64,000 nt of DNA from a candidate division WWE3 bacterium (lineage in GTDB: Bacteria > Patescibacteriota > WWE3 > UBA101185 > UBA10185). The notes under the pieces are model-generated. The model was not told where the DNA came from. It did no database searches and saw only the letters and a program-made list of their open reading frames with translations. Of the stretch, positions 40,852 to 50,585 are shown piece by piece; positions within the stretch are counted from its first letter, which is position 1; every line of letters starts with the position of its first letter. The position numbers were made by a program, and so were the translations under genes. Location of the stretch: positions 233,569 through 297,568 of the forward strand of contig JBPOHV010000001.1 of NCBI GenBank assembly GCA_052035175.1, given 5' to 3'.

Positions 40852-41952
40852 ATGACAAAAGTAGTACAAGATAAAAAACCAGCCGTAGCTGTTGATAGTA
40901 ATAAAACAATCGCATTAAAATCTGCACTAGCTCAGATTGAAAAGAGTTTTGGTAAAGGTGCAATTATGAAATTGGGTGAAAGATCTCAAGAAAAAATGCA
41001 AGTAATACCCACAGGAGCAATAGGACTAGATATAGCATTAGGGGTTGGAGGCATGCCTCGTGGTCGTATCGTAGAAATATATGGACCAGAATCTTCGGGT
41101 AAAACTACATTGGTACAACATATTATTGCTGAAGCACAAAATTTGGGAGGTACCGCAGCATTAATCGATGCAGAACATGCATTTGACCCAGTATATGCAA
41201 AAAAGACCGGCGTTGATGTAGATAACCTTTTAGTTTCTCAACCAGACACTGGTGAGCAAGCTTTAGATATAGCAGAAACACTTATTAGGTCTAATGCAGT
41301 TGATGTTATTGCTATAGACTCTGTTGCTGCACTTGTACCAAGAGCTGAAATCGAAGGCGATATGGGTGAAAGTCCTATAGCTATTCAAGCAAGACTTATG
41401 AGCCAAGCTTTGCGTAGAATCACTGGTGCAGTTAGTAGGTCTAATTGTGTTGTTATTTTTACAAATCAATTACGTTCCAAAATAGGTGTAATGTTTGGTA
41501 ATCCAGAAACTACTGCCGGGGGTAAAGCTCTTAAGTATTATGCTTCAATTCGCCTAGAAATTAGAAAAACACAATCAATCAAAGTTGGTGAAGAGGTTAC
41601 AGGTATAAGAGTTCGTGCCAAAGTCGTAAAAAATAAAGTAGCACCGCCATTTAGAGCTGCAGATTTTGACATAATGTTTAACGAAGGTATTAGCAAAGAG
41701 GCAAATTTGATAGATGTTGGCGTTGCTTTGAACTTGATAAAGAAAAGTGGTGCTTGGTATGAATACAATGGCGAAAAGTTGGGACAAGGTAAAGAGTCGG
41801 TTCGCGCAGGTTTGGCAGCAGATCATAAGTTGAGAGACGTAATTGAAAAAGATATCCGCTCTCAACTAGATAAAAAAGTTGACATACCATTAGAAGTTGG
41901 ATTGGATGATGCCGATACAGCAAGCGCACCAGGTGAAGAACTTGGAGAATGA
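40852..41952 (+). CDS. recA: Recombinase RecA
   Basis: Walker [11 protein letters not shown]1/L2 loop regions. Length 366 aa. Confidence 0.95.
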   Translation: MTKVVQDKKPAVAVDSNKTIALKSALAQIEKSFGKGAIMKLGERSQEKMQVIPTGAIGLDIALGVGGMPRGRIVEIYGPESSGKTTLVQHIIAEAQNLGGTAALIDAEHAFDPVYAKKTGVDVDNLLVSQPDTGEQALDIAETLIRSNAVDVIAIDSVAALVPRAEIEGDMGESPIAIQARLMSQALRRITGAVSRSNCVVIFTNQLRSKIGVMFGNPETTAGGKALKYYASIRLEIRKTQSIKVGEEVTGIRVRAKVVKNKVAPPFRAADFDIMFNEGISKEANLIDVGVALNLIKKSGAWYEYNGEKLGQGKESVRAGLAADHKLRDVIEKDIRSQLDKKVDIPLEVGLDDADTASAPGEELGE

Positions 41953-42421
41953 GTATTTACAAAAAATTCTTGGTAAGGTTCTAGACTATATAGCTCAAAG
42001 GCCTAGGACCTCCAAAGAAATTTATAAAAAGCTAGATAGCTCCATTTCTAGATATGTTGATGATAATGCTGAGCGTTTTGAAGTACGCACTGCAGTTGAG
42101 TCATATTTAGTAGAGGCCAACTTATTAAACGATTTAGCCTATGCAAATGAAGTTGTTTCAAGCATAGTCAATAGTTCAAAACCCCGCAGCAACCGAGAAA
42201 TATCCAATTTTTTATTGCGTAAAGGCATTTCTTCTGATATTGCTAATACAGCACTTTCGATGTTGTCTCAAGATATAGAGCTAGAAAATGCCAAAGCTCT
42301 GTTATCAAAAAAGGCATATTTGCTACAAGACAAGCAAAAAACAATGAGATTACTTTATAGAAAAGGTTATAGCCCAATGGTTATAAATAGGGTACTAGAA
42401 GACGTCGAGGTGGTAGAATAG
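41897..42421 (+). CDS. recX: RecA regulator RecX (start uncertain; probably internal)
   Basis: Immediately downstream of recA, with a helical-repeat protein of RecX length. The ORF overlaps the recA end by 56 nt, so a later start is likely, for example TTG 41942. Confidence 0.55.
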   Translation: MDWMMPIQQAHQVKNLENEYLQKILGKVLDYIAQRPRTSKEIYKKLDSSISRYVDDNAERFEVRTAVESYLVEANLLNDLAYANEVVSSIVNSSKPRSNREISNFLLRKGISSDIANTALSMLSQDIELENAKALLSKKAYLLQDKQKTMRLLYRKGYSPMVINRVLEDVEVVE

Positions 42422-42585
42422 CGTGGTAAAATTGATTCGTAAAAGTTTTTGCTATGGAATACAGTTATCTATCAGATATATTAAGAAAACTTATGAGAAA
42501 GCCCTTATATAGAGCAAATAACATATTTCTATTGATACATACTGTCTAACTCTGTTTCATAGCATTATTTCAGGAGGAAAAATAA

Positions 42586-44121
42586 ATGGATATTTTAGTA
42601 GTAATTATAAGTTCTATAGTAGTAGCTGCCGGAGTTGGTGGAGGTATTTATTTTGGAATGTCATCTAAAAAAGGTGGAAAAGTAGATCAATCTGCAAGTA
42701 TCAAAGCCGTAGATGATCATGCGCTAGTGGCTGAGGCTAGAGCAAAAGCCCGCGAAATGATTTTGGAAGCTCGTGACAATGCTTTCAAAGCAAAGTCGGC
42801 TGCAGAAGATGAAGTACGCAAAATAAAAGAAACTTCTATGAATCTCGAAAGAGATATGACTGTAAAGAAAGCTGAGATAGAGGCCAAAGAAAAAGAAGTC
42901 AGCAACAATGCACGTACATTAAAAGCTGCAAAAGAGCGTATTGAAGCAAAAGAAGAAGAACTGACAACTTTATTCAAAAAGCAACAAACACTTTTGGAAG
43001 AAGTTTCGTCTTTGACAAAAGAAGAAGCTCGCAAACTATTACTTCAAAATCTCGATAAAGAATTGGCCGATGAAAAAGGCAGACGTATCAAGTCTATCGA
43101 AGAAGATATAAAGAAAAAATCTCAAGATTTAGCTAAAGAAATAGTACTGGACGCAATGCGTTACGACGCAAGAGATATAGTTATTGAATATACAACTTCT
43201 AGAGTAAATATTACTGATGATGATGTAAAAGGCCGTATTATAGGTAAAGAAGGTCGTAATATAAAAAAGTTTGAAGAACTCACAGGAGTTTCTTTAGATT
43301 TAGATTCTTCTCCTGGTCAAGTAGTTATTTCATGTTTTGATCCAGTTCGAAGAGAAGTTGCAAAAATCTCTTTAGAAAAACTTTTGAACGATGGACGTAT
43401 TCAACCTACAAAGATTGAAGAAGTGGTAGAGAAAACTCATGAAGAGCTTACTCATATCATATACAAAGCTGGAGACGATTTATGCCATAAAGCAGGCATT
43501 TATAATGTACCAAAAGAGCTTGTTCAGTACCTTGGTAGATTTAAATATCGTTTTTCATATGGTCAAAATATGCTTTCACATACAATGGAAGTTGTTAGAC
43601 TTGGTGCTGCGATTGCACACGAATTGAAATTGGATATAGATACAGTCAAACTTGGGTGTTTGTATCATGACATAGGTAAAATAATTAGCGATCAAGAAGG
43701 CGACCACGTTACTTTGGGTGTTGAGCTATTAAAGAAATTCAAAGTCCCAGAAAAGGCGATTGCATGTGTTGCAGAGCATCATGGCGACAATTACTCGTCA
43801 CCTGAATCAGTTGTAGTTGCTATGGCTGATCAAATGAGCGGTGCAAGACCAGGTTCACGTAGCGAAGACTATGAATCATATGTACAAAGGCTTAAAGATC
43901 TCGAAGAAGCCGCTTTGTCATTTGACGGTGTTGAAAAAGCTTATGCAGTTTCTGCAGGAAGAGAAGTAAGAGTCTTTGTATCACCAGATAGAGTAGACGA
44001 TCCTTCAACAGCTTTGCTCGCACGCGAAATTGCAAAAAAGATCGAATTAGAGCAGACTTATCCGGGCACTGTAAAAGTTATAGTTATAAGAGAAAAACGC
44101 GTAATCGAAACCGCAAGATAA
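42586..44121 (+). CDS. rny: Ribonuclease Y
   Basis: N-terminal TM, coiled coil, KH domain and an HD domain (HDIGK). AGGAGG Shine-Dalgarno. Confidence 0.9.
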   Translation: MDILVVIISSIVVAAGVGGGIYFGMSSKKGGKVDQSASIKAVDDHALVAEARAKAREMILEARDNAFKAKSAAEDEVRKIKETSMNLERDMTVKKAEIEAKEKEVSNNARTLKAAKERIEAKEEELTTLFKKQQTLLEEVSSLTKEEARKLLLQNLDKELADEKGRRIKSIEEDIKKKSQDLAKEIVLDAMRYDARDIVIEYTTSRVNITDDDVKGRIIGKEGRNIKKFEELTGVSLDLDSSPGQVVISCFDPVRREVAKISLEKLLNDGRIQPTKIEEVVEKTHEELTHIIYKAGDDLCHKAGIYNVPKELVQYLGRFKYRFSYGQNMLSHTMEVVRLGAAIAHELKLDIDTVKLGCLYHDIGKIISDQEGDHVTLGVELLKKFKVPEKAIACVAEHHGDNYSSPESVVVAMADQMSGARPGSRSEDYESYVQRLKDLEEAALSFDGVEKAYAVSAGREVRVFVSPDRVDDPSTALLAREIAKKIELEQTYPGTVKVIVIREKRVIETAR

Positions 44122-44157
44122 CTATTTCTTTGATGTGAATGTGTTATTGTACTAGGT

Positions 44158-44940
44158 ATGAAGATACTTTTTATTGGAGATATAGTTGCAGGTCCTGGCA
44201 GAAAGCTTGTAAAAAGAGTTTTGCCGCAGTTAATACGAGAGCATTCTATTGACGTAGTTTTTGCCAATGCCGAAAATATTTCTGGGGGTCGCGGAATAAC
44301 TCCTGATAAATTAGGTGAACTCGTAGAAGCTGGTGTTGATTACTTTACAAGTGGTGATCATGTATATTGGGAACGCTCGACAGATGATTTTATAGAAGAT
44401 GTACCAGTTCTTATTCCGGCCAATTATCCAGAAGGAAATCCAGGTAAAAGATATGCACTTATCGAAAAGAAAGGTAAGAAAATTTTACTTTTCAATATGA
44501 TGGGGCGTACAGGATTTTCTCCAATTTATGGCTATTTAGACGATCCATTTATGATTGCAGATAATATTTTGGCAAGGTTTTTAGATAAAAAGCCTGATTA
44601 CATATTTCTAGATTTTCACGCAGAAGCATCTAGTGAAAAGGTTGCTATGGGACATTATTTAGACGGTCGCATTACTGGTATGGTTGGTACGCATACACAT
44701 ATACCAACATGTGATCATATGGCTCTTTCTAAGGGTACTATGTATGTTTCTGACATAGGTATGACAGGCATTATAGATTCTGTACTAGGGGTTAAGACTA
44801 ATATCATAATCAACATGTTTAAAACCGCCAGGAATCAACGTTTCGAGTGGGAAACTGCTGGTAGAAAAGCTTTTAGGAGTGTATTATTTGACACAGATTC
44901 TAATCAGATCACAAGATTAGATCAAGTTTTCGAAAATTAG
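44158..44940 (+). CDS. ymdB: YmdB-like metallophosphoesterase (2',3'-cyclic-nucleotide phosphodiesterase family)
   Basis: MKILFIGDIVAGPGR start. Conserved rny-ymdB pairing. Confidence 0.8.
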   Translation: MKILFIGDIVAGPGRKLVKRVLPQLIREHSIDVVFANAENISGGRGITPDKLGELVEAGVDYFTSGDHVYWERSTDDFIEDVPVLIPANYPEGNPGKRYALIEKKGKKILLFNMMGRTGFSPIYGYLDDPFMIADNILARFLDKKPDYIFLDFHAEASSEKVAMGHYLDGRITGMVGTHTHIPTCDHMALSKGTMYVSDIGMTGIIDSVLGVKTNIIINMFKTARNQRFEWETAGRKAFRSVLFDTDSNQITRLDQVFEN

Positions 44941-44948
44941 CTAATTCG

Positions 44949-44968
44949 TCGAAGCGTGAACGCTTCGA
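44949..44968 (+). terminator. Perfect 8-bp hairpin (TCGAAGCG-TGAA-CGCTTCGA) between ymdB and hup. Weak terminator or processing site
   Basis: Seen directly in the sequence. No contiguous U-tract. Confidence 0.3.
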
Positions 44969-45008
44969 GACCGCCAGGCTACTATTTTGAAAGGGGGTGC
45001 TTTAAAAA

Positions 45009-45281
45009 ATGACAAAGCAAGATTTAGTAAGAGCTGTTTCTGATGCTGCCGGCATGACATTAGTCGATGCAGGTAAGGTCGTAGATGCAGTAGCTGATTC
45101 TATAATGAGAGCACTAAAGAAAGGCGACAAAGTTACATGGACTGGATTCGGTACTTTTGAAGTAAGACACAGAGCTGCAAGAATGGGAAGAAATCCTCAA
45201 ACCAACGCTCCTATGCATATAGCTGCTAGCAAGACTCCAGCATTCAAAGCTGGTAAAGGCTTAAAAGACGCAGTCAAATAA
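45009..45281 (+). CDS. hup: HU family DNA-binding protein
   Basis: 90 aa with an HU/IHF fold signature ([17 protein letters not shown]). Confidence 0.9.
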   Translation: MTKQDLVRAVSDAAGMTLVDAGKVVDAVADSIMRALKKGDKVTWTGFGTFEVRHRAARMGRNPQTNAPMHIAASKTPAFKAGKGLKDAVK

Positions 45282-45333
45282 AATGACTACGCTTCTTTTC
45301 GTATAGCGAAAAGAATGATTAGAAGATGAATAC

Positions 45334-45391
45334 AAAAAAGGGTCCCATCGCGACCGTTTGCTTTCGCGGGTGAACGGGGGATCCTTTTTTT
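45334..45391. terminator. Bidirectional intrinsic terminator: an A6 tract, then a GC-rich stem (GGGTCCC...GGGATCC), then a T7 tract
   Basis: Stem 45340-45346 / 45378-45384 with a structured interior. A-run 45334-45339. T-run 45385-45391. Confidence 0.6.
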
Positions 45392-45526
45392 AGTTCTCAG
45401 ACTTTTTTAAAAACTTTTTAAACTCACTTCGTACCCCATAGCATTTGCCGGACTTGATGTTTCATTATATAATCTCAATATCACTTTTCCTAACCCCTTA
45501 GGGGGTCAATCAATTGGAGGCGCATT

Positions 45527-45958
45527 ATGCGTAAAGCTTTTTTGCCCTTAATCGGGCTTCTTACGGTGATCTTTTTCGATCGCCTGGTTGATTATGCTCT
45601 GTCACAAGGCCTTTGGGCTGTGATAGCCATACCTCTAACCGTTATGGTTGTGTTAGCTTGTTTGAGCGGCCTTTGTGGCTATACGGCATCACTCCCGTTA
45701 GCCATCTCTTTGGCTGCTACTTTGGCTGGTATTGTCTGGGCTATTTGGTCCACCGAAATGCTGGTATGGGAAACACCCATTAAAGACTTGGTGTGGCCTA
45801 TCGCTGAGGGGCTTTTTTATGCGATTCTTGTGACGGGATGGTTTTTAGTCCTGTTGCCATTTTTGTGGCAACGCCTGGAAAAGCTTATCTTAAAGCCCGC
45901 TATTCAACAGCGGGCACAAGAATTGCAGTTCGATTCAAGCGAAGGCGAACGGGGTTAG
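45527..45958 (+). CDS. GC-rich (about 46-50% GC) four-TM small membrane protein of unknown function, likely horizontally acquired
   Basis: Canonical GGAGG Shine-Dalgarno 6 nt before the ATG. Four hydrophobic helices. Nucleotide composition is strongly atypical for the window. Confidence 0.5.
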   Translation: MRKAFLPLIGLLTVIFFDRLVDYALSQGLWAVIAIPLTVMVVLACLSGLCGYTASLPLAISLAATLAGIVWAIWSTEMLVWETPIKDLVWPIAEGLFYAILVTGWFLVLLPFLWQRLEKLILKPAIQQRAQELQFDSSEGERG

Positions 45959-45966
45959 CTCCTAGC

Positions 45967-46042
45967 AGTGGGTGGAGGCGGAAGCTTCGAAGGACGCCAG
46001 ATATTTTGGCAAATCTTTTGAAATACTTCCTCTCCACCCACT
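45967..46042. repeat. 11-bp perfect inverted repeat (AGTGGGTGGAG / CTCCACCCACT) flanking a 54-nt spacer that contains GAAGCTTC/CTTCGAAG palindromes
   Basis: Seen directly in the sequence, immediately after the stop of the GC-rich ORF. Confidence 0.6.
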
Positions 46043-46226
46043 CGCGAACAACTCTTTTTAAAATTCCAATCTCATTAGAATAAGCACCCTTGATAGACTA
46101 AATCTCTTATGTTAGATGTGTGTAAATGCAATATGAAATAGATCAGTCTGGAAAGGTAGAAAATACTTTAGGAAATTAGGCAAAGGCAAGTCTTATGTTT
46201 ATATAGTTTTCGCAATAGCGGTTTAC

Positions 46227-46487
46227 TTGTTGATTAAGCCTTTGCATAAGAAAGGTAATATGTACTTTGTAGATATTGAGTATGTTGGTCAAACTAATAT
46301 TATAAAAGCTATTATTTCAGCTCTTTCAATAAAAGAAATCAATATAAATTGGAAGTTAGTTGGTAAGAAAAGCAAGGCGCATGATGTGGCTTATAAAGTA
46401 TACGTTGGTAAATTGCTTATTGGGAGGAAAATAACCTATATGCAAATAAAGTCAGTATATGAGTCAGTTTTATACAAAAAGGAATAG
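46227..46487 (+). CDS. Small Lys-rich hypothetical protein (86 aa), doubtful
   Basis: ORF only. No Shine-Dalgarno and no motifs. Located inside the anomalous hup-dnaJ interval. Confidence 0.25.
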   Translation: MLIKPLHKKGNMYFVDIEYVGQTNIIKAIISALSIKEININWKLVGKKSKAHDVAYKVYVGKLLIGRKITYMQIKSVYESVLYKKE

Positions 46488-46667
46488 CCGGTGGTAACTT
46501 AAACTTCGGGCTTTCACCGAAGAATCGGAAACCTGTGCCGGCATATTGTTTGCATTTTATATAACAACCAGTCTTTCGTCAATAAATTTAAAAATCGTAC
46601 TTTTTCTACTTATGCCAGCAAATGAACCCTATTAACACTCATACCCTTTTAGTGCTAGAATACTCGC

Positions 46668-47594
46668 ATGGCTTCAGCTAAAGATTATTATGAAATACTT
46701 GGTGTTGCTCGTACTGCGAGTGATGCAGAAATTAAATCAGCTTATCGCAAGCTTGCGCGAGAGCACCATCCTGACATGGTCAAAGACGGAGACAAAGCTG
46801 CAGCAGAACATAGATTCAAAGAAATAAACGAAGCTTATCAAATATTAGGAGATTCAGAAAAAAAGAAAATGTACGACCAATATGGTCACGCTGGTCCGGG
46901 ATTTAACAATGCTGGGGGTGGTGCTGGTGGTTTTGGCCAAGGAGGCTGGGGACCATTTACATATAGTTATTCTTCGAATGGCGCCGACTTTGGTGACGTT
47001 AACCCATTTGATGTATTTGAAGACTTTTTTGGTTTTAGAGGATTTGGTAGGCAGCAACGCCCACAAAAAGGAAAAAACTTATATTACGAACTCCATATTG
47101 ATTTTGTAGACGCGGTAAAAGGTGCTGAGAAAGAAATAAACGCAGAAAGCGGTAAAACCAAAATCAAAATTCCACAAGGTATTCACGACGGAACAGAAAT
47201 GAAATTCCCAGGTAAAGGAATGCCTGGGCCAAATAATTTGCCACCAGGAGATATGTTTATTACTTTTAGGTATTCTGTTCCAAGGCAATTTAGGCGTTCA
47301 AACGATGATTTAGTAGTAGCAAAGACTATTTCGTTTGTGCAAGCAGCTTTGGGTGATGTTGTAGAAGTACCTGTTATAGATCCTTCTACGTCTGATGGCT
47401 TGGCTATGGCTAAATTAAAAATTCCTAGTGGAACTCAACCAAATGCGCATATGGTGTTACGTGGTAAAGGTATGCCGCGCTTGCGCAGTTCTGGCCGAGG
47501 CGATGTTTATGTAGTTTTAACCGTAGAAATACCCAAAAAGTTATCTCGCAAGCAAAAAGATCTCTTGGAAGACTACAAAAAGCTAGAAAATTGA
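46668..47594 (+). CDS. DnaJ-family chaperone lacking the zinc-finger domain (CbpA-like, class II J-protein)
   Basis: J domain with HPD. Gly/Phe-rich region. C-terminal DnaJ_C domains. No CxxCxGxG repeats. Confidence 0.8.
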   Translation: MASAKDYYEILGVARTASDAEIKSAYRKLAREHHPDMVKDGDKAAAEHRFKEINEAYQILGDSEKKKMYDQYGHAGPGFNNAGGGAGGFGQGGWGPFTYSYSSNGADFGDVNPFDVFEDFFGFRGFGRQQRPQKGKNLYYELHIDFVDAVKGAEKEINAESGKTKIKIPQGIHDGTEMKFPGKGMPGPNNLPPGDMFITFRYSVPRQFRRSNDDLVVAKTISFVQAALGDVVEVPVIDPSTSDGLAMAKLKIPSGTQPNAHMVLRGKGMPRLRSSGRGDVYVVLTVEIPKKLSRKQKDLLEDYKKLEN

Positions 47595-47668
47595 AAAAGT
47601 TGCCTTGATATCTTTTGGTGTTTGTGGTAACTTTTAGTGTGCAAGTGGGAAGGTTTAACAGTAATTGA

Positions 47669-47690
47669 AGGTGGGGTTTCCCGCCTTTTT
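47669..47690 (+). terminator. Intrinsic terminator (GGTGGGG-TTT-CCCGCC followed by T6)
   Basis: Hairpin plus U-tract downstream of the J-protein gene. Confidence 0.55.
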
Positions 47691-47714
47691 TGTTAGTAAG
47701 AAAGAAATATAAAA

Positions 47715-48893
47715 ATGGCATTAACAGAATTTAGTTTAGCGATAAATCAAGTAGCCACAGAAAGAGGCATTCCGGTGGAAGAAGTTCTCGAATCCATAAG
47801 AATGGCATATGCTTCGGCATATCGTCGAGACGCCAAAGATCGTGGTGAAGAAGTAGAATTGGAAGCTATAACAATCGAACTTAATCCTGATACAGGTGAA
47901 GGTTTGGTATTTGTCGATGGTAAAGACGTCACTCCAGCAGGATTTGGACGTATAGCTGCACAAACTGCCAAACAAGTTATTTTACAAAAAATACGCGAAA
48001 CAGAAAAAGATGTAATTATGGAAGAATTCAAATCACGCCTTGGAACCATAGTCACCGCTACAATCTTTAGAATCGAAAACAAATTGATAACTGTAGATTT
48101 GGGTAAGTCTCATGCGCATGGCGTTTTACCACAATCAGAACAAGTACAAAATGAAATTTATAGACTTAATCAAAAGCTCAAAGTTTTGATAAAAGATGTA
48201 AGAGAAGGTCCACGCGGTACTGAAATCTTGGTAAGTCGTGCCGATCCAGCTTTTGTCATTAAGCTTTTTGAACAAGAAGTTCCAGAGATAGCTTCAAGCG
48301 TAGTTACAATCGAAGCCATCGCACGTGAACCAGGTTCTCGTACAAAAATGGCTGTATCTTCTAAAGACGATAAGGTTGATCCAGTTGGAAGTTGCGTCGG
48401 TCAAAAAGGCGTTAGAGTTCAATCGATAATTTCTGAGCTTTTCGGTGAAAAAATCGATATTATTCCATTTTCAAATGTGGAAGAACGCTATATTGCGTCT
48501 GCTTTATCTCCAGCAAAAGTTATAGATGTTGTTTTGAATAGAGATGAAAAAGTAGCAACTGTTTCTGTACCAGAAGATCAACAAAGCTTAGCAATTGGTA
48601 AAGACGGTCAAAATGCACGTTTGGCAAACAAACTTACACATTGGAAGATTGATATAAAAGGTGTAAAAGATACATTTTCAAACATCGACGCTACAGTTGA
48701 TACAAGAGAGCAGCGTTCTGATAAAGTTGTTGGTATATGGGATCAAGTAATAGGTCAAGCCCGTGATGCAGCCGCAGTTTTAGAAGAAGAAAAAACCAAA
48801 TTGGCTGATGCAGCAAAACAAGTTGAGTCAGTCGAGCAAGCAGACGTTGATACACAACCTAATTCAGTTGAATCTGATAAATCAGATGCATGA
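47715..48893 (+). CDS. nusA: Transcription termination/antitermination factor NusA
   Basis: N-terminal domain, S1 and two KH domains. Length 392 aa. Confidence 0.9.
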   Translation: MALTEFSLAINQVATERGIPVEEVLESIRMAYASAYRRDAKDRGEEVELEAITIELNPDTGEGLVFVDGKDVTPAGFGRIAAQTAKQVILQKIRETEKDVIMEEFKSRLGTIVTATIFRIENKLITVDLGKSHAHGVLPQSEQVQNEIYRLNQKLKVLIKDVREGPRGTEILVSRADPAFVIKLFEQEVPEIASSVVTIEAIAREPGSRTKMAVSSKDDKVDPVGSCVGQKGVRVQSIISELFGEKIDIIPFSNVEERYIASALSPAKVIDVVLNRDEKVATVSVPEDQQSLAIGKDGQNARLANKLTHWKIDIKGVKDTFSNIDATVDTREQRSDKVVGIWDQVIGQARDAAAVLEEEKTKLADAAKQVESVEQADVDTQPNSVESDKSDA

Positions 48894-49001
48894 AGAAACT
48901 CGGTCTAACACCCGAAGAGTCTTCTTCTTCGCGGGGGACTATAGATTTAATCTACAAGCTGACAATTCAGATCTTCCCGCTCGGACTAATATGGTGGATT
49001 T

Positions 49002-50531
49002 ATGTCAAATAAATACAGTACGAAAAATGCAAGTGCAACAGCCCTTGCTAAAGATGAGAAACCTTCTATTACAAGCAGACCTCCAATAGTCACTGTCATG
49101 GGTCATGTTGATCATGGCAAAACTAGTATCCTAGATGCAGTCAGAAAAACCTCTGTTCAAACTTCTGAATATGGCGGCATAACCCAACACATAGGTGCTT
49201 ATCAAGTCATACATAATTCAAAAAAGATTACGTTTATAGATACACCAGGTCACGAAGCTTTTGCTCAAATGCGTACACGTGGCGGTAAAGTTGCAGATAT
49301 AGTGGTTTTGGTAGTTTCTGCAACCGAAAGTGTAAAACCTCAAACAATAGAAGCTATTTCAATAATTAAAAATCTCAACCTCTCTGCGGTAGTGGCTATC
49401 AACAAAATAGATGCTCCAGAAGCAGATGTAAAAAAAGTAAAGCAAGAATTAGCAAATAACGATATTTTAGTCGAAGATTGGGGTGGAAATGTTGTTTGTG
49501 TCGAGGTTTCTGCAAAAACAGGAGAAAATATCGAGAAACTTCTCGACTCAATTTTGGCAGTTGCAGAGTTACTTCAACTCAAATATGAACCAACTTCCGA
49601 ACTCGAAGCTATTATTATTGAAGCGCGTTTAGACAAACAAAAAGGCGCTGTGGTTAGTTGTGTTGTAAAAAGCGGTACCTTATCGATTGGTGACAAAATA
49701 ATTGCCAGTGGAATAGAAGCCAAAGTTCGTATGCTTACAAATGACCAAAAGGTTTCAGTTTCTAGTGCATTCCCAGGTGATCCTGTTGAAATAATGGGTT
49801 TTAAAGATGTGCCTAATGTTGGAGATCTAGTTTTGCAAGAAGGTAGTGAGTTAGCCGAGCTTTCTATTTCAGACACAAAAACTGAAATTATAGGTCGTAA
49901 TGCAAAAAAGACAGTCGCGCTAGTTTTGAAGGCTGACACAAAGGGTACTCTTGAAGCGGTTAAAGCAAGTCTTGCAGCTTTGATAGGCTCGTCGGTAGGT
50001 TCGAGCTATGCTTTGAAGTTTATTCATTCTGCTACTGGGCCCATTACCGATTCTGATGTAATGCTTATTTATGGTTCTGGTGGCGGTATCGTGCTTGGTT
50101 TTAACGTGCAAATATTTCCTGGCGCTGCAGACTTGGCAGAATCTTTACACGTTTCTGTAAAATCTTATAAAGCTATTTATGAATTGGTAGATAATGCGCA
50201 AGAAATTTTGGAAGGTAGTGCTTTGTCTGCTGAGAAAAAGATAAAAGGTCGTGCAAAAGTTTTGAAGCTTTTCCCGTTGCCTTCTGGTGATGTGGTTTTG
50301 GGTTCTTTAATTGCAGCTGGGGTTATACGCGAGGGTCAACGTGTTGCTATATATGATAAAGATCCTGGTGAACTTACAAAAGACGATACCCCTTTGTTTA
50401 GAACAGAGATTATTAATATTAAAAAAGGAAAAGAAAGCGCCGAATCAGCCTCAAAAAGTGAAGAATGTGGCATTTTATTAAAGCCTGCTTATGCAGACAT
50501 CAAACCCGATATGTGGATCGAAGCCCTATAA
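49002..50531 (+). CDS. infB: Translation initiation factor IF-2 (short N-terminus)
   Basis: G-domain motifs (GHVDHGKTS, DTPGHEAF, NKID) and the C-terminal domains. Length 509 aa. Confidence 0.9.
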   Translation: MSNKYSTKNASATALAKDEKPSITSRPPIVTVMGHVDHGKTSILDAVRKTSVQTSEYGGITQHIGAYQVIHNSKKITFIDTPGHEAFAQMRTRGGKVADIVVLVVSATESVKPQTIEAISIIKNLNLSAVVAINKIDAPEADVKKVKQELANNDILVEDWGGNVVCVEVSAKTGENIEKLLDSILAVAELLQLKYEPTSELEAIIIEARLDKQKGAVVSCVVKSGTLSIGDKIIASGIEAKVRMLTNDQKVSVSSAFPGDPVEIMGFKDVPNVGDLVLQEGSELAELSISDTKTEIIGRNAKKTVALVLKADTKGTLEAVKASLAALIGSSVGSSYALKFIHSATGPITDSDVMLIYGSGGGIVLGFNVQIFPGAADLAESLHVSVKSYKAIYELVDNAQEILEGSALSAEKKIKGRAKVLKLFPLPSGDVVLGSLIAAGVIREGQRVAIYDKDPGELTKDDTPLFRTEIINIKKGKESAESASKSEECGILLKPAYADIKPDMWIEAL

Positions 50532-50544
50532 CAAAGACATGCAA

Positions 50545-50573
50545 TTGACACTATAGGGTAATTCTGGTAGAAT
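50545..50573 (+). promoter_or_regulatory. Near-consensus sigma70-type promoter: TTGACA-N17-TAGAAT
   Basis: Seen directly in the sequence. The downstream ATG at 50586 implies a very short leader. Confidence 0.5.
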
Positions 50574-50585
50574 CCCTATGTTTTT

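Noticed and set aside
42437-42532. Possible 31-aa small ORF (MEYSYLSDILRK...) in the recX-rny spacer.
   Set aside because: No Shine-Dalgarno and no conservation cue. It is more likely to be rny promoter and leader sequence.
45300-46100. The GC-rich patch as a structural RNA gene (RNase P RNA, tmRNA, SRP RNA, 6S).
   Set aside because: No RNase P P4 motifs (GGAAAGTCCGG, ACAGAA.CCGGCTTA) were found. No tmRNA 5' GGGGCTGA or CCACCA-terminated tRNA-like end is present, and no SRP domain IV motif. The region holds an ORF with a canonical Shine-Dalgarno and a coherent 4-TM hydropathy pattern. A covariance-model scan would still be decisive.
48808-49089. 93-aa ORF spanning the nusA end and the infB start.
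   Set aside because: It overlaps two strongly supported genes in a different frame and has no start context.
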